The notes beneath the pieces were generated by a model. It was not told where the DNA came from, did no database searches, and saw only the letters and a program-made list of their open reading frames with translations. The position numbers and the translations under genes were made by a program. A stretch of 64,000 nucleotides of DNA from an uncultured Clostridia bacterium (GTDB lineage Bacteria; Bacillota; Clostridia; Oscillospirales; CAG-272): assembly GCA_944381115.1 (NCBI GenBank), contig CALWJV010000015.1, forward strand, positions 139,894 to 203,893, given 5' to 3'. This document shows positions 16,328 through 27,469 of this stretch, piece by piece. Within the stretch, counting starts at the first letter, position 1. Every line of letters begins with the position of its first letter.

Positions 16328-19006
16328 ATGAAATTTTATTCGGCAGACAAAGATACCGTATTGAAGCATGTCGGATCTGCTCCAAACGGGCTTACATCCG
16401 AAGAAGCAGAAAAAAGACTTGCGGAAAACGGGAAAAACAAACTTGCGGAAGGCAAGAAAAAAACATTGCTCCAGAGATTTGTGGCTCAACTTATCGATCC
16501 TATGATAATAGTTCTGCTCGGAGCAGCGGCACTTTCTTTTATTACGGAAGTGGTCGTTGAGAAATCATTTCCGACGGATGTTTTCATTATACTTTTCGTT
16601 GTAATACTCAATGCGGTTTTAGGAGTTATTCAGGAAAGCAAGGCAGAAGAAGCGATCGCAGCACTGAGTGAAATGACAGCCGCCCAAAGTAAGGTAATGC
16701 GAAACGGAATTATTACTCATGTTAAAAGTGAAGACCTTGTAATTGGAGACGTGATAATCCTTGAAGCCGGCGACTCTGTTCCTGCCGATGCAAGAATACT
16801 TGAATGTGCGTCTCTTCAAATCGAGGAAGCGGCACTGACCGGAGAATCAGTACCGGTAAACAAAAATGAAGAAATTCTTTCAGATACCGATGATGTACCG
16901 CTTGGCGACCGTAAAAACATGGTATACATGGGAAGTACCGTAGTTTACGGAAGAGGGGTGGCAGTTATATGTGCTTGCGGCATGGATACTGAAATGGGTA
17001 AGATCGCATCTGCCCTTACGAATGCAAAAGAAGAGGCGACGCCGCTTCAAATAAAACTTAATCAATTAAGTAAAATATTAACGTTTTTAGTTCTTGGGAT
17101 CTGTGTTTTGGTTTTTGTTGTCGGATTGATAACGGCAAACGAACTTTCTGCAACAGCGCTTCTTGATACATTTATGTTGGCTATCTCGCTCGCAGTCGCC
17201 GCTATTCCAGAAGGGCTTGCGGCTGTCGTAACAATCGTACTTTCGATCGGCGTCACAAAAATGTCAAAGAGAAATGCCGTTATAAGAAAACTTACTGCAG
17301 TTGAAACTCTTGGTTGCACACAAATAATTTGTTCAGATAAGACCGGTACTCTTACTCAGAATAAGATGACCGTTGTTGACGATTATACACCCGATAAAAA
17401 ACTTCTTGCAACTGCAATGTCTCTTTGTACGGATGCTGAAGTTGACACAGAAGGTAAGGTGATTGGTGAGCCTACGGAGGCTGCTCTTGTACAGTTTGCG
17501 TTTAAAAACGGACTTCCGAAATATGAACTTAAAGAAGCACAGCCGAGGATTAATGAAGCCCCGTTCGATTCCATGAGAAAAATGATGTCCACTGTTCATC
17601 AAACCGGTAAAGGGATAATCCAGTATACAAAGGGTGCACCTGATGAAATATTGAAAAAATGCACATATATACTTACAGAAAGCGGTGTTCGCCCTATAAC
17701 CGATGAAGACAAAGAAAAAATACTTGCAGAAAATAAACGAATGGCGGGTAAAGCGCTTCGCGTTCTTGCAGCAGCATACCGGGAATACGATGATAATCCG
17801 AACGATTCTTCTCCGGAAAATCTTGAGAAAGAACTTATATTCATAGGTATCGTAGGTATGATCGATCCTGTACGCCCGGAAGTTAAAGATGCAATAGAAC
17901 AGTGCAAAACTGCCGGTATACGTGCAATTATGATTACGGGCGACCATAGAGATACGGCCGTAGCAATTGCGGAGGAACTCGGAATACTTACCGATCCGTC
18001 TCAGGCAATAACCGGTTCCGATTTAAATAATATGTCCGACGAAGAACTTGCCGCAAAAATTGAAAATTATTCAGTATACGCAAGAGTTCAGCCGGAACAC
18101 AAAGTAAGGATAGTAAAGGCATGGAAATCTCTTGGTAAGATAGTTGCCATGACCGGAGACGGAGTTAACGATGCCCCGAGTATAAAGTCTGCCGATATCG
18201 GTATCGGAATGGGTATTACAGGAACAGACGTTACAAAGAATGTAGCTGATATGATACTGGGTGATGACAACTTTGCGACCATAGTTTCTGCTGTTGAAGA
18301 AGGCAGAAAGATTTACTCAAACATAAGAAAATCCATTCAGTTCCTGCTTTCGTCAAACCTTAGCGAAGTCGTGGCGATATTTATTGCAACAATATTCAAT
18401 TTCACAATATTGAAACCGGCACATATACTTTGGATCAATCTTATAACTGACAGTCTTCCGGCACTAGCGCTTGGCGTGGAGTCAAATGAAAAAGATGCCA
18501 TGAAACAGCCGCCAAGAAGTTCTACGGACGGCATATTTGCGGGGGGCGTTGCTTATGATGTACTATATCAAGGTTTCGTTGTTGCAATCCTGACATTAAC
18601 TGCGTATTTGTTGGGTTGCTGTTTGGAAGACGGTGTGTGGGCATGGAATTCTGCCAAAGAATTTTTTGAATGGCTGAAGGCACCTGACGGCGGACATCAA
18701 CAGGGTATAACAATGGCATTTTTATCACTTTCAATGTGTGAAATTTTCCAATCTTTTAACATGCGTTCAAGACGCGGGTCGATATTTACTATGAAAAAGC
18801 AGAATGTTGTACTTTGGGGTGCAGCGGCAGCCGCACTTGCACTTACTACTGCGGTAATATATATTCCGTTCTTTGCAAAAATTTTTGATTTTGCTCATAT
18901 CAATGCAATAGAGTACTTTACCGCTCTTGGTCTTTCTATTCTTGTTATTCCGATAGTTGAATGTGTAAAGTTTATACAAAGATTTGTAGCGAAAAAAAAG
19001 TCCTGA
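16328..19006 (+). CDS. P-type (P2, Ca2+/Mn2+-type) cation-transporting ATPase
   Basis: ICSDKTGTLTQNKM phosphorylation site, TGES, MITGDH and MTGDGVNDAPSIK motifs, with about 10 TM segments. Confidence 0.9.
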   Translation: MKFYSADKDTVLKHVGSAPNGLTSEEAEKRLAENGKNKLAEGKKKTLLQRFVAQLIDPMIIVLLGAAALSFITEVVVEKSFPTDVFIILFVVILNAVLGVIQESKAEEAIAALSEMTAAQSKVMRNGIITHVKSEDLVIGDVIILEAGDSVPADARILECASLQIEEAALTGESVPVNKNEEILSDTDDVPLGDRKNMVYMGSTVVYGRGVAVICACGMDTEMGKIASALTNAKEEATPLQIKLNQLSKILTFLVLGICVLVFVVGLITANELSATALLDTFMLAISLAVAAIPEGLAAVVTIVLSIGVTKMSKRNAVIRKLTAVETLGCTQIICSDKTGTLTQNKMTVVDDYTPDKKLLATAMSLCTDAEVDTEGKVIGEPTEAALVQFAFKNGLPKYELKEAQPRINEAPFDSMRKMMSTVHQTGKGIIQYTKGAPDEILKKCTYILTESGVRPITDEDKEKILAENKRMAGKALRVLAAAYREYDDNPNDSSPENLEKELIFIGIVGMIDPVRPEVKDAIEQCKTAGIRAIMITGDHRDTAVAIAEELGILTDPSQAITGSDLNNMSDEELAAKIENYSVYARVQPEHKVRIVKAWKSLGKIVAMTGDGVNDAPSIKSADIGIGMGITGTDVTKNVADMILGDDNFATIVSAVEEGRKIYSNIRKSIQFLLSSNLSEVVAIFIATIFNFTILKPAHILWINLITDSLPALALGVESNEKDAMKQPPRSSTDGIFAGGVAYDVLYQGFVVAILTLTAYLLGCCLEDGVWAWNSAKEFFEWLKAPDGGHQQGITMAFLSLSMCEIFQSFNMRSRRGSIFTMKKQNVVLWGAAAAALALTTAVIYIPFFAKIFDFAHINAIEYFTALGLSILVIPIVECVKFIQRFVAKKKS

Positions 19007-19054
19007 ACAGCGTAATAAAATAATAGACGCATATATAAATAAAAATCCATCGAA

Positions 19055-19098
19055 TAAAAAATACGGGTTGAGTTTTAAACACAACCCGTATTTTATTT
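19055..19098. terminator. bidirectional rho-independent terminator
   Basis: Stem AATACGGGTTG/CAACCCGTATT flanked by an A-run and a T-run, between the convergent ATPase and mannosidase genes. Confidence 0.65.
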
Positions 19099-19106
19099 TT
19101 AATAAG

Positions 19107-22100
19107 TTAAACTCTTACACGCAATGTAATGATCTCGAAATTAGAAACAGAAAGTTTTATGGAATTATTTTCAATTGGAAGATCTGAGATCTTGTTTTCC
19201 ATAAGGTCACATATTTCTGCTTGCTTTATGTCAAATCCGAATTTAACATTGGTTTTTAATTTTCCGTTAAGCGATTCATATCCCCTTACAATGATTCCGT
19301 CTCCGTTTTCGGCGCGTTTGACAGTTTCGATTACAAATTCCGGATTAGAGGAAGAAACAATGCTGAAAGTATCCGGAATTGCACCGTTTTGTTTTCCGAC
19401 CGGTATTGCAATTAACGGCTGATTAAGCTGATATCCTTCGCTTATCGTATTACCTTCCGCAAGTGTACCTTTATGAGGATAAAGGGAATAAGTAAATTCA
19501 TTTACACCTCTGTCAGCAGAAGGATTTGGGTATGTAGCACATTTCAAAAGGGAGATACGCATTACATTTTCTTCAACGCTGTGACCGTATTTGCAGTTAT
19601 TTAGAATGCTGACGCCGTATCCGTTTTCTGAAATATCAATCCATTTATGCGCACAGATCTCAAATTTAGCCTCGTCCCAGGGAGTATTTCTGTGTGTTGG
19701 GCGAGCAAGATGACCGAACTGAATTTCACAGTTTACTTCTGGAGCAAGTATATCGACCGGAAATGCTGCTTTAAGAAGGACGTGATCTTCACGCCAATCA
19801 ACATAATTTTTAAAATCAATTCTTTTAGATTTTTCGGTAAGAGAAATTGTTTGTATAAATGTAGACATACAGTATTTTCTTGTAATTTTTATAGCGGCGT
19901 AATTTCCTTCGTTGATGATCTCAATATTGGAAACATCGTCTGCAATCCACTTTTTCTGCTTATGATACTCTGTGATCTCCCATGCATCGTATCCTCTTGG
20001 GTAATCTTCGTAAATTTCAAAAACATTGGCTTCCTGACCGGCACTTATAACTTCACGGTCGTTGATTTTGTCGTAAACACTGACTATATGGTATTTGTCA
20101 TTGAACTCAACTTTTAAAAATTTATTTTCCAGAGAATTTTTATTTGCCTTGACAGAATCTATGGGTTTTATATCTTTTATAACCTTCCAGCCATGTGCCG
20201 GGATGGTTTCGTTAACTGTTATTTTTCCGATTTCGGTATCGATTACCGTTCCGTTTACATCAAAAGGACAACTGTTGTATACAAAATAACCGCCGTCGGT
20301 TTTTATATTTGAGACAATGTTACTGAGTTTTTCATCAAAAATTTTCTGTCCGTCTCCGATAAGTCCTGCATATTCAATGTCGGAGTCATCGTATACCTCT
20401 TTTATTGAAGACCCGGGTATAATGTCATGGAATTGAAGTTTAAGTATATTATGCCAATTTTTATCTATAATGTCATAAGGATATACTGAATTTTTGTTAA
20501 AAATTAAGTCTGCAACAGAAACCGTTTCAAGGGACTGATAGAGGAGTTCGCTTTTTCTGTTGTTTTTCTTATTTTTTGCAATTGATGTATATGTTCCTCT
20601 GTGCATTTCTAGATAAAGTTCGCCTTTCCATTCAGGAGTAAATCTGAGTTGTTCGGCGTTTTTGAAGAACTGTGCCTTGACATCTTTGATAATGTCCATT
20701 CCTGATTTCATCTCAACCTTAGGGAATCCGGGAATACCGTATTTCAGACGATCATAAGTTTCTAGCATGTCAGGAGTTGTTCCGCCTCCGCCGTCTCCGT
20801 ATCCGAGTTCGAGAATCTGAGTATCGGAATAGTTTTTGTTTATATGATCTTTCCAGCGTTTATACACCACCTTCGGTTCTGCAGTATTGACATAACAGGG
20901 GGAAAGCATAGTAAATACTGCACTTCCGTCAATACCTTTCCATACGAAGTTGTCATACGGAAATTTATTTGTCTCGCTCCAGAAGATCTTTGCGGTAAAG
21001 AAATGATCGATACCGCTTTTTTTGAGGATTTGCGGAAGAGCAGCTGTGTACCCGAATACATCCGGGAGCCAGAGTACATAATTTTCTTTATTAAATTCTT
21101 CACGCATAAAACGTTTGCCGAGAAGTATCTGACGTACGAGGCTTTCTCCGCTTATTATGTTTGTGTCTGCTTCCAGCCACATTGCTCCCTCTGCTTCCCA
21201 ACGGCCTTCTTTAACTCTGGCCTTTATTTTTTCGAAAAGTTTTGGGTCATTTTCTTTTACATATTGATAAAGTTGAGGTTGGCTGGATATGAAAATATAA
21301 TCAGGGTACTGTTCCATAAGACGTATGGCAGTTGAGAAGGAGCGCTGTGCCTTTTCTTTTGTCTGCGCAAGGGTCCAGAGCCATGCAACGTCTATATGAG
21401 TGTGACCGAGAAGAGCAACACATCCGTTGTTTTTACCGCAAATCTTGTTATAAAATTCGTCGTTCATAAATTTACGCGTTGCCGCAACGCTGTCAGAGTA
21501 TTCTTTAGACGGAAAGTGACGCAGATCAAGAAGCAACGTTGCCCTGTCAAGAATATTGAGTATCTGGCTGTATTCAATAGAGTCTCTGGGTAAGCAGAGC
21601 ATTGCATTGAAAGGAACTGTCAGATCATACCAGAGGCCTTCAGAATCAAGATCCACTTCTTTTAAGGTAAAATTAATATGGAATCTGCTGTCAGCATTCA
21701 TACCGTTATAAAGATATACCCAGACATCATGATGACCTTCTGTTAAAACAGCGTGAAGGTGGTTGACGTCAAAAGCCTGAACAGCGGTATCCTGTCCGTC
21801 AAGAAAGAGGGTACACTGCGGGTTCAAAGCATCCCAACCGCCCTTGCCTGTTTCGGCATAAAGACGGTACGCTTTTTTATTTCCTGCTTTAGGAACGTCA
21901 ACGGAAAATTTGACCCACCAATGGCTGTCTTTGGGAGCCACAAGGTCTTGACCATTATATTCCTCCCAATCCGCGTTATCATCCGGAGGCGTATTGCTGC
22001 TTTTATATCCGCAAGGGATAATTTTAATAGGGCCTATATTTTTTGAATTTACAATGATACGGCCTTGAATAACTTTTGCAAGTTCTCTTATTTTTTCGGG

Positions 22101-22112
22101 AATAAAAGTCAT
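19107..22112 (-). CDS. GH38 family alpha-mannosidase
   Basis: The GH38 N-terminal catalytic motif LLGHTHIDVAWLW is present. The size (1001 aa) and overall layout are typical of bacterial GH38 enzymes. Confidence 0.85.
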   Translation of the reverse strand: MTFIPEKIRELAKVIQGRIIVNSKNIGPIKIIPCGYKSSNTPPDDNADWEEYNGQDLVAPKDSHWWVKFSVDVPKAGNKKAYRLYAETGKGGWDALNPQCTLFLDGQDTAVQAFDVNHLHAVLTEGHHDVWVYLYNGMNADSRFHINFTLKEVDLDSEGLWYDLTVPFNAMLCLPRDSIEYSQILNILDRATLLLDLRHFPSKEYSDSVAATRKFMNDEFYNKICGKNNGCVALLGHTHIDVAWLWTLAQTKEKAQRSFSTAIRLMEQYPDYIFISSQPQLYQYVKENDPKLFEKIKARVKEGRWEAEGAMWLEADTNIISGESLVRQILLGKRFMREEFNKENYVLWLPDVFGYTAALPQILKKSGIDHFFTAKIFWSETNKFPYDNFVWKGIDGSAVFTMLSPCYVNTAEPKVVYKRWKDHINKNYSDTQILELGYGDGGGGTTPDMLETYDRLKYGIPGFPKVEMKSGMDIIKDVKAQFFKNAEQLRFTPEWKGELYLEMHRGTYTSIAKNKKNNRKSELLYQSLETVSVADLIFNKNSVYPYDIIDKNWHNILKLQFHDIIPGSSIKEVYDDSDIEYAGLIGDGQKIFDEKLSNIVSNIKTDGGYFVYNSCPFDVNGTVIDTEIGKITVNETIPAHGWKVIKDIKPIDSVKANKNSLENKFLKVEFNDKYHIVSVYDKINDREVISAGQEANVFEIYEDYPRGYDAWEITEYHKQKKWIADDVSNIEIINEGNYAAIKITRKYCMSTFIQTISLTEKSKRIDFKNYVDWREDHVLLKAAFPVDILAPEVNCEIQFGHLARPTHRNTPWDEAKFEICAHKWIDISENGYGVSILNNCKYGHSVEENVMRISLLKCATYPNPSADRGVNEFTYSLYPHKGTLAEGNTISEGYQLNQPLIAIPVGKQNGAIPDTFSIVSSSNPEFVIETVKRAENGDGIIVRGYESLNGKLKTNVKFGFDIKQAEICDLMENKISDLPIENNSIKLSVSNFEIITLRVRV

Positions 22113-22272
22113 TGTTAAATACTTCCTTTCGTGTGTATTTATTTTCTAAATACATAATACATTAATCTTATTTACAATTCATCTGTTGAAATGATTTAAA
22201 AATTATGGTAATATGATATTATGAAAAATAAATAAAGGTGTTTTGAACAGTATACGAACGGAGTTTTGAAAT

Positions 22273-23142
22273 ATGAATTTGGAAATGAAACCTAAAAAAT
22301 TGCTCGCGGCGTATCATGTTGACAGTGAATCGGAGTGTTTGTTGCGGCATGTAAGATGCGAGACGGAATATTTTCGTCCGCACAGTCACGATTATTTCGA
22401 GATATTTTTGACGCTAAAGGGAAGTGCAGAGCATATGGTAAACGGTACTTCTTTTTCAGTTGGCAGAGGGTATCTGATCTTTGTTAGAGACAAAGATGTG
22501 CATGATTATCTCAGCAGGAGTCAAGGATTTGAATTTGTAAATCTTGCATTTACAAAAAATACTCTTGAGGCGCTTTTTGGGTATCTTGGGAACGGTATAG
22601 ATTCAGGCCTTTTACTGAAATGTGAATATCCTCCGTCGATAAGACTTACCGAATCGGAGACGGATCGTCTTTATATGAAACTTACTGAACTCAATGCATT
22701 GAATTTCAATGATAAAAAAAGACTGAAACTCAGGATGAGAGCATTGCTCGTCGAAATTTTTACAAATTACTTTTGCGATATCCGTCCGCTTGACAGTAAG
22801 ATTCCCCTATGGCTTGAAAACGCATATGAAAAAATGAAACTTCCGAAAAATTTTATAGCAGGTAAGGAACGTTTTTTCGAACTGTGCGGAAGGACACGTG
22901 AACATGCTACAAGAACTCTTGCAAAGCATTATTCTGTTTCTCCTTCAAACTATATAAATGAACTCAGGCTTTGTTATGCTGCAAATTTACTTCGTTCAAG
23001 TAATCTTAGTGTTACTGATATTTGTTACGAAAGCGGGTTCGGCAATCTTTCTTGGTTTTACAGTGAGTTTGAAAAAAAGTTTAAAATTTCACCGAAGGCA
23101 TACCGAAATCAAAAAAATCAATTATTTAAAACTAAAATATAG
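22273..23142 (+). CDS. AraC family transcriptional regulator (cupin + HTH)
   Basis: N-terminal cupin HSHDYFEIFLTLKG and a C-terminal double HTH (...SVTDICYESGFGNLSWFYSEFEKKFKISPKAYR). Confidence 0.8.
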   Translation: MNLEMKPKKLLAAYHVDSESECLLRHVRCETEYFRPHSHDYFEIFLTLKGSAEHMVNGTSFSVGRGYLIFVRDKDVHDYLSRSQGFEFVNLAFTKNTLEALFGYLGNGIDSGLLLKCEYPPSIRLTESETDRLYMKLTELNALNFNDKKRLKLRMRALLVEIFTNYFCDIRPLDSKIPLWLENAYEKMKLPKNFIAGKERFFELCGRTREHATRTLAKHYSVSPSNYINELRLCYAANLLRSSNLSVTDICYESGFGNLSWFYSEFEKKFKISPKAYRNQKNQLFKTKI

Positions 23143-23278
23143 TTAATGTTTTATTTTTTAGGAAAAAATGTCGGATTTCGTAAATTTTTTTTGATATTTT
23201 TATTATTTCTATTGTTTTTTTCTTTTTTTTAATTTATAATTATACTGTAAGTATATTTTGAAAGCAGGAGGAAAGAGT

Positions 23279-23671
23279 ATGGGAAAATTTATTATTAAAA
23301 AGACTCCCACGGGATTCAATTTCAGTTTGCTTGCCACAAATAAAGAAAAGATAGCAGTTGCATCGCAGGTATACTCAACAAAAGCGGCATGTAAAACCGG
23401 TATAACAAGTGTTGCGAAGAACGCAGTCAAGTGTGTAGAAGAAAACAGGATCGAGGATCAAACACTTAAGGAACCTGAAAAGAAAACAAATCCGAAATTT
23501 GAGATCTACTCTGACAAAGCAGGGCTTTACCGTTACCGTCTTATTGCTTCAAATGGCGAAAGTATTGCAATGAGTGAAGACGGATACAAAACAAAAGGCG
23601 GTTGCAAAACCGGGATCGCGTCAGTTGCAAAAAACGCAACATGTGCAGAGATAGTTGATGAAACAGTTTAA
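23279..23671 (+). CDS. YegP/DUF1508 family protein (two repeats)
   Basis: Two copies of the F.l.A.Ng..ia.S..Y.tk..c..GI.SV.kNA pattern. AGGAGG SD before ATG 23279. Confidence 0.8.
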   Translation: MGKFIIKKTPTGFNFSLLATNKEKIAVASQVYSTKAACKTGITSVAKNAVKCVEENRIEDQTLKEPEKKTNPKFEIYSDKAGLYRYRLIASNGESIAMSEDGYKTKGGCKTGIASVAKNATCAEIVDETV

Positions 23672-23731
23672 CTAAAAACATTGGGCAGGTACATAAGAGT
23701 TTTATTATATTGCAATTATTCTGTATTAACG

Positions 23732-23772
23732 AAAAATCAGTCTCAAATGTCAATAAAGAGACTGATTTTTTG
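23732..23772. terminator. bidirectional rho-independent terminator
   Basis: Stem AAAAATCAGTCTC/GAGACTGATTTTT. Confidence 0.6.
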
Positions 23773-23834
23773 TATGCAACCGAAAAATGTTTATATTGAT
23801 TGATATCAAACAAATTTTAGTAACAAATGAAATT

Positions 23835-24689
23835 TCAAAGGTTTTTGAATGCTGCCGGAGTCGTTATATATATTTCTTTAAAATGACGGTAAAATAATTT
23901 TTTGTCATTATAACCTACAAGAGACATAATTTCATCAACAGGCTTGTCTGTGGTTTTAAGAAGTTCTGCTGCTTTTGAAATACGTTTTTCCTTTATGTAA
24001 GTGGAAAAACTTTTTCCGAAATTTTTTTTAAGAAGATTTCCAAAGTATATCGGATTGTAAAAACTCTTTGCGGCAATTTCAGAAAGAGTGATCTTTTTGT
24101 TGAAATTTTCATCAATGTAGTTTTTAATTTCAGTTAACAGGTAATTTTCATCTGATACAGAAGGTGTGTTAGGTATCTGCATAGAGCGCAGGACTTTTGA
24201 AAAAAGTATACGTATACCGCCGTGCATGATGGATTTATATCCGATTTTTTTCTCATTGTATTCCCGTAAAAGCAGATCAATGATCGTGTCAGTTTCTGCT
24301 GTTTCATTTCCGGAAAAGTGGGCACATTGACTGAAAAGACCGTTAATGTTTTCAAATTCTTCAAACATACTGTGACTGAAAAGAGTAATAAGACTTTCGG
24401 TGTTCACAAGTTCTTTACCAATAAATTCGGGATTTATAAGTATATTTACAAGTTCAAACCCTTCATCTGCCTCATAACTGTGTGTTTGATTTCGGTTTAT
24501 AAACAAAAGGTCCCCGTGTTTTACACTGTACTTTACTCCGTCAATGTAATGGGCTGCCGTACCTTTTTTCATATATACAAATTCAAAAAAATCGTGCGTG
24601 TGTTTATCGCAGAAAGGACCGGTTTTGACTGACTGTACAGTAATGTTTTCCTGATCATCGATCCAATGTTCTTTTTCATAAATTTCCAA
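23835..24689 (-). CDS. AraC family transcriptional regulator (cupin + HTH)
   Basis: HTHDFFEFVYMKKG cupin motif and a C-terminal AraC HTH (...PVDEIMSLVGYNDKKLFYRHFKE). Confidence 0.8.
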   Translation of the reverse strand: MEIYEKEHWIDDQENITVQSVKTGPFCDKHTHDFFEFVYMKKGTAAHYIDGVKYSVKHGDLLFINRNQTHSYEADEGFELVNILINPEFIGKELVNTESLITLFSHSMFEEFENINGLFSQCAHFSGNETAETDTIIDLLLREYNEKKIGYKSIMHGGIRILFSKVLRSMQIPNTPSVSDENYLLTEIKNYIDENFNKKITLSEIAAKSFYNPIYFGNLLKKNFGKSFSTYIKEKRISKAAELLKTTDKPVDEIMSLVGYNDKKLFYRHFKEIYITTPAAFKNL

Positions 24690-24931
24690 AAAAACACCCC
24701 ACCTATGTGCATAAAGATTATGTATTTGTTAAGGTAACGCCAAAGTTATTTTTAATAAAACTCCGTTATATTCGGATAAATGGAGGTACCTTTAAAATTA
24801 AATCTGATCTATACAAATATTATAGCACAGAGGCGGGTGTTTTGTCAATGTATTAAATATACGGTCATGAATATTTTATTTACGCGGGACATGGTGTTAA
24901 TACGGGAATATAAAACTGTATTTTAACCGTA

Positions 24932-26383
24932 TCAGCCTAAAAGTGTTACGGGTATTGTCAAAGTTACAAAGTGGCCTTCACATGTTATTATGGCGTAAAG
25001 ATTATTTTTTGCTGATATCTTTTCCGGAGCGGTTATTATGTATTCGTTTACTGCGGGGATTTTATGTCCGGACCTGTACATAGCGTTAAAATTCAATTTT
25101 CCGGTTACACTGAATCCTTCCGGTGTGACCCAAAGAATATCAAATATTTTTTGAGATTCCAGAAGCGGAATAATAGAAATTTTCACCTTGATTTGATCGC
25201 CGGGCGAAATTTCCGGAGCCTTATCATATTCAATTACGGCATTTGCAAGTATTGAGTTATAAACGGAGTGGTACTTGCTTCTTTTTTCAAGAGACATTGC
25301 AAAATTTCTGCCCATGTAGTTTTTAATATCCGCGCCGTTAAAATCTGTCTTTGAGTCGGATACAGTATAACCTTTACGGAGAGGATAACGTATCTGATTA
25401 AGGGTTATAGAGTGCATATCCATAACATCGTTTGTGAGTTCAGTACATGTCTTCGGAACGTATGTGGCGCCTTTGTTTACAGAAACAGTTATTATAGAAT
25501 CACCTATGTAAGCCTTCCAATCAGATGGTATAATTTTTGTGCCGTTAATTATACCGAGAACAGAACCTGCAGTAGCACAGGTACAGTCTGTATCATCACC
25601 GCAGTTACAGGCTATGAGTATGGTTTCTTTAAAATCACCTTTGCCGTAGAGAAGACCTATTATTGCGTAACTTACATTTGCAGGTGCCTGGAACCAGCCG
25701 AGTTCCGGATCCGATGTTGTCATATCGGTTATGATATTTCTTGTTTCAAGCCAGGTTTTTCCGCCGTCATAGCATTCAAGAACTTTGGTAATATATTGAT
25801 ACATTTTGCTTGTTTCGGGTATTTTGGAAAGTCCGAGATTTATAAGCGCCCGCAGATCGCTGAATATAAATGCAGCGGCTTCTATTGCCGCAACGAAAAT
25901 AGCGGCATAAGTACCTTCGCCGCTTCCGTGGTCAACCGCGGCATCTTGATAAGCGTAGTATATTGCATTTTCAACATCACCAGGATATAGGCATGCCCAG
26001 ATTTCCGTTCTTATCCAAGCGCCGTTTGAATGTTTCCAGTGATTGTTGAGTTGACCGGAAATCGGAGGTGCTATACCTCTTCTCATATTTGCTTTTCCAA
26101 TACCGTATTCGTTCCAGAAAGGGGTTATGAATTCAAGCCAGTATTCGCCGAGTATTCTTGCATTAAGATTTAAAGGACCTACTTCGCGGATGGCTTTAAG
26201 CCATATAAGTTGAAGGTCGAGGTCGTCATTTGGTAAAGGTTCGCCTTTTTTCGAAGTAAAACCGGTGCAGTTGTTGATTTGTTGCTTTCCTTCAAACGGA
26301 GCACCGATAGTTCCTCCTATGTTTTTGCCGAGCCAACATGCATAAATTTTGTCACGCAGTTCTTTTTTGTTGAAATTGATCAT
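24932..26383 (-). CDS. ADP-ribosylglycohydrolase-fold protein with extra C-terminal domain
   Basis: WLGKNIGGTIGAPFEG near the N-terminus and CGDDTDCTCATAGSVLG late in the catalytic domain. About 150 extra C-terminal residues follow. The start at 26383 (AGGAGG SD) is preferred over the track start at 26512. Confidence 0.65.
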   Translation of the reverse strand: MINFNKKELRDKIYACWLGKNIGGTIGAPFEGKQQINNCTGFTSKKGEPLPNDDLDLQLIWLKAIREVGPLNLNARILGEYWLEFITPFWNEYGIGKANMRRGIAPPISGQLNNHWKHSNGAWIRTEIWACLYPGDVENAIYYAYQDAAVDHGSGEGTYAAIFVAAIEAAAFIFSDLRALINLGLSKIPETSKMYQYITKVLECYDGGKTWLETRNIITDMTTSDPELGWFQAPANVSYAIIGLLYGKGDFKETILIACNCGDDTDCTCATAGSVLGIINGTKIIPSDWKAYIGDSIITVSVNKGATYVPKTCTELTNDVMDMHSITLNQIRYPLRKGYTVSDSKTDFNGADIKNYMGRNFAMSLEKRSKYHSVYNSILANAVIEYDKAPEISPGDQIKVKISIIPLLESQKIFDILWVTPEGFSVTGKLNFNAMYRSGHKIPAVNEYIITAPEKISAKNNLYAIITCEGHFVTLTIPVTLLG

Positions 26384-26629
26384 ATAAAACCTCCTATTTT
26401 TGAGCATTTGCTCTTTTGTAACCCGATTATAACAAAATAAATATTGTATATCAATAGGTGATTTAAAGAATTTAAGTGGGGTATTTACAGAAACAGCAGG
26501 AAGAATTTGCAAAAGATATTAATATTAATAATTTTGCGAATATTTTTTAATAAAAAAAATATACACTTAAATATATGAGAGACTAATTACTAAAAATAAA
26601 GAGTAATATTAAATTAAGGATGCAAAATA

Positions 26630-27451
26630 ATGAAACTTTCATTCAGTACTCTCGGTTGCCCGGATTGGAGTTATATTAAAATACTCGAAAACGCAAAAAA
26701 AATGGGATACGATGCAATTTCGGTAAGATGCATAGAACGTAAAACAGATCTTGCACTTATTCCGGAGTTCATGCCGGAAAACAGAAAAATGACTTTGAGC
26801 CGTGCTGCGGAATACGGAATAAAACTGCTTTGCCTTTGTACAGGATGTTTTTTTCACAGTGAAGACATTGCGGAAAAAGGTATAAAAGAGGGAATTGCCG
26901 CTGTCGAAACAGCATCTGAAATGGGAATACCGTTTATAAGAGTATTCGGAGATACTGTACCGGAAGATAAAAACGAGAAAAAAATTTTAAATATGATAGC
27001 AGACGGAATAGGCAAAGTCTGTAAAAGTGCCGAAGGAACAGATGTAAAAGTGCTTTTGGAGACACACGGTAACATAAATACATCAGAAAGGATTCTTTAC
27101 ATAGCAGATAAAATAAACATAAAAAATTTCAGTATAATATGGGATATAGCACACAGTGACAGAGCATATAAAGACGATATACAGCCTTTTTATGAGGCAG
27201 TAAAACACCTTATTTGCCATACTCATATAAAAGACCATATCAGGGGAGGAAAGCCTGAACTTTGCAGGGTTGGAGACGGCGATATACCGATAACGAAAAT
27301 ATTAAATATGCTTGAAAAAGACGGATACAAAGGATATTATGAATTCGAGTGGGAAAAGATGTGGCATCCGGAACTTGCTGAGCCGGAGATTTCGTTTAAG
27401 CAGTACGTTGAATACATGAAAAAATGTAATAAAAATTCAAATATACAATAA
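26630..27451 (+). CDS. sugar phosphate isomerase/epimerase (xylose isomerase-like TIM barrel)
   Basis: MKLSFSTLGCPDWS..., ...LLETHG..., ...HTHIKD... are typical of AP endonuclease 2/xylose-isomerase-like barrels. Confidence 0.7.
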   Translation: MKLSFSTLGCPDWSYIKILENAKKMGYDAISVRCIERKTDLALIPEFMPENRKMTLSRAAEYGIKLLCLCTGCFFHSEDIAEKGIKEGIAAVETASEMGIPFIRVFGDTVPEDKNEKKILNMIADGIGKVCKSAEGTDVKVLLETHGNINTSERILYIADKINIKNFSIIWDIAHSDRAYKDDIQPFYEAVKHLICHTHIKDHIRGGKPELCRVGDGDIPITKILNMLEKDGYKGYYEFEWEKMWHPELAEPEISFKQYVEYMKKCNKNSNIQ

Positions 27452-27469
27452 AACGATGGGAGAAAAAAT

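Noticed and set aside
17333-17947. 204-aa minus-strand ORF, and other antisense ORFs within 16328-19006
   Set aside because: They lie inside the P-type ATPase gene on the opposite strand and have a Cys/Phe/Arg-rich shadow composition.
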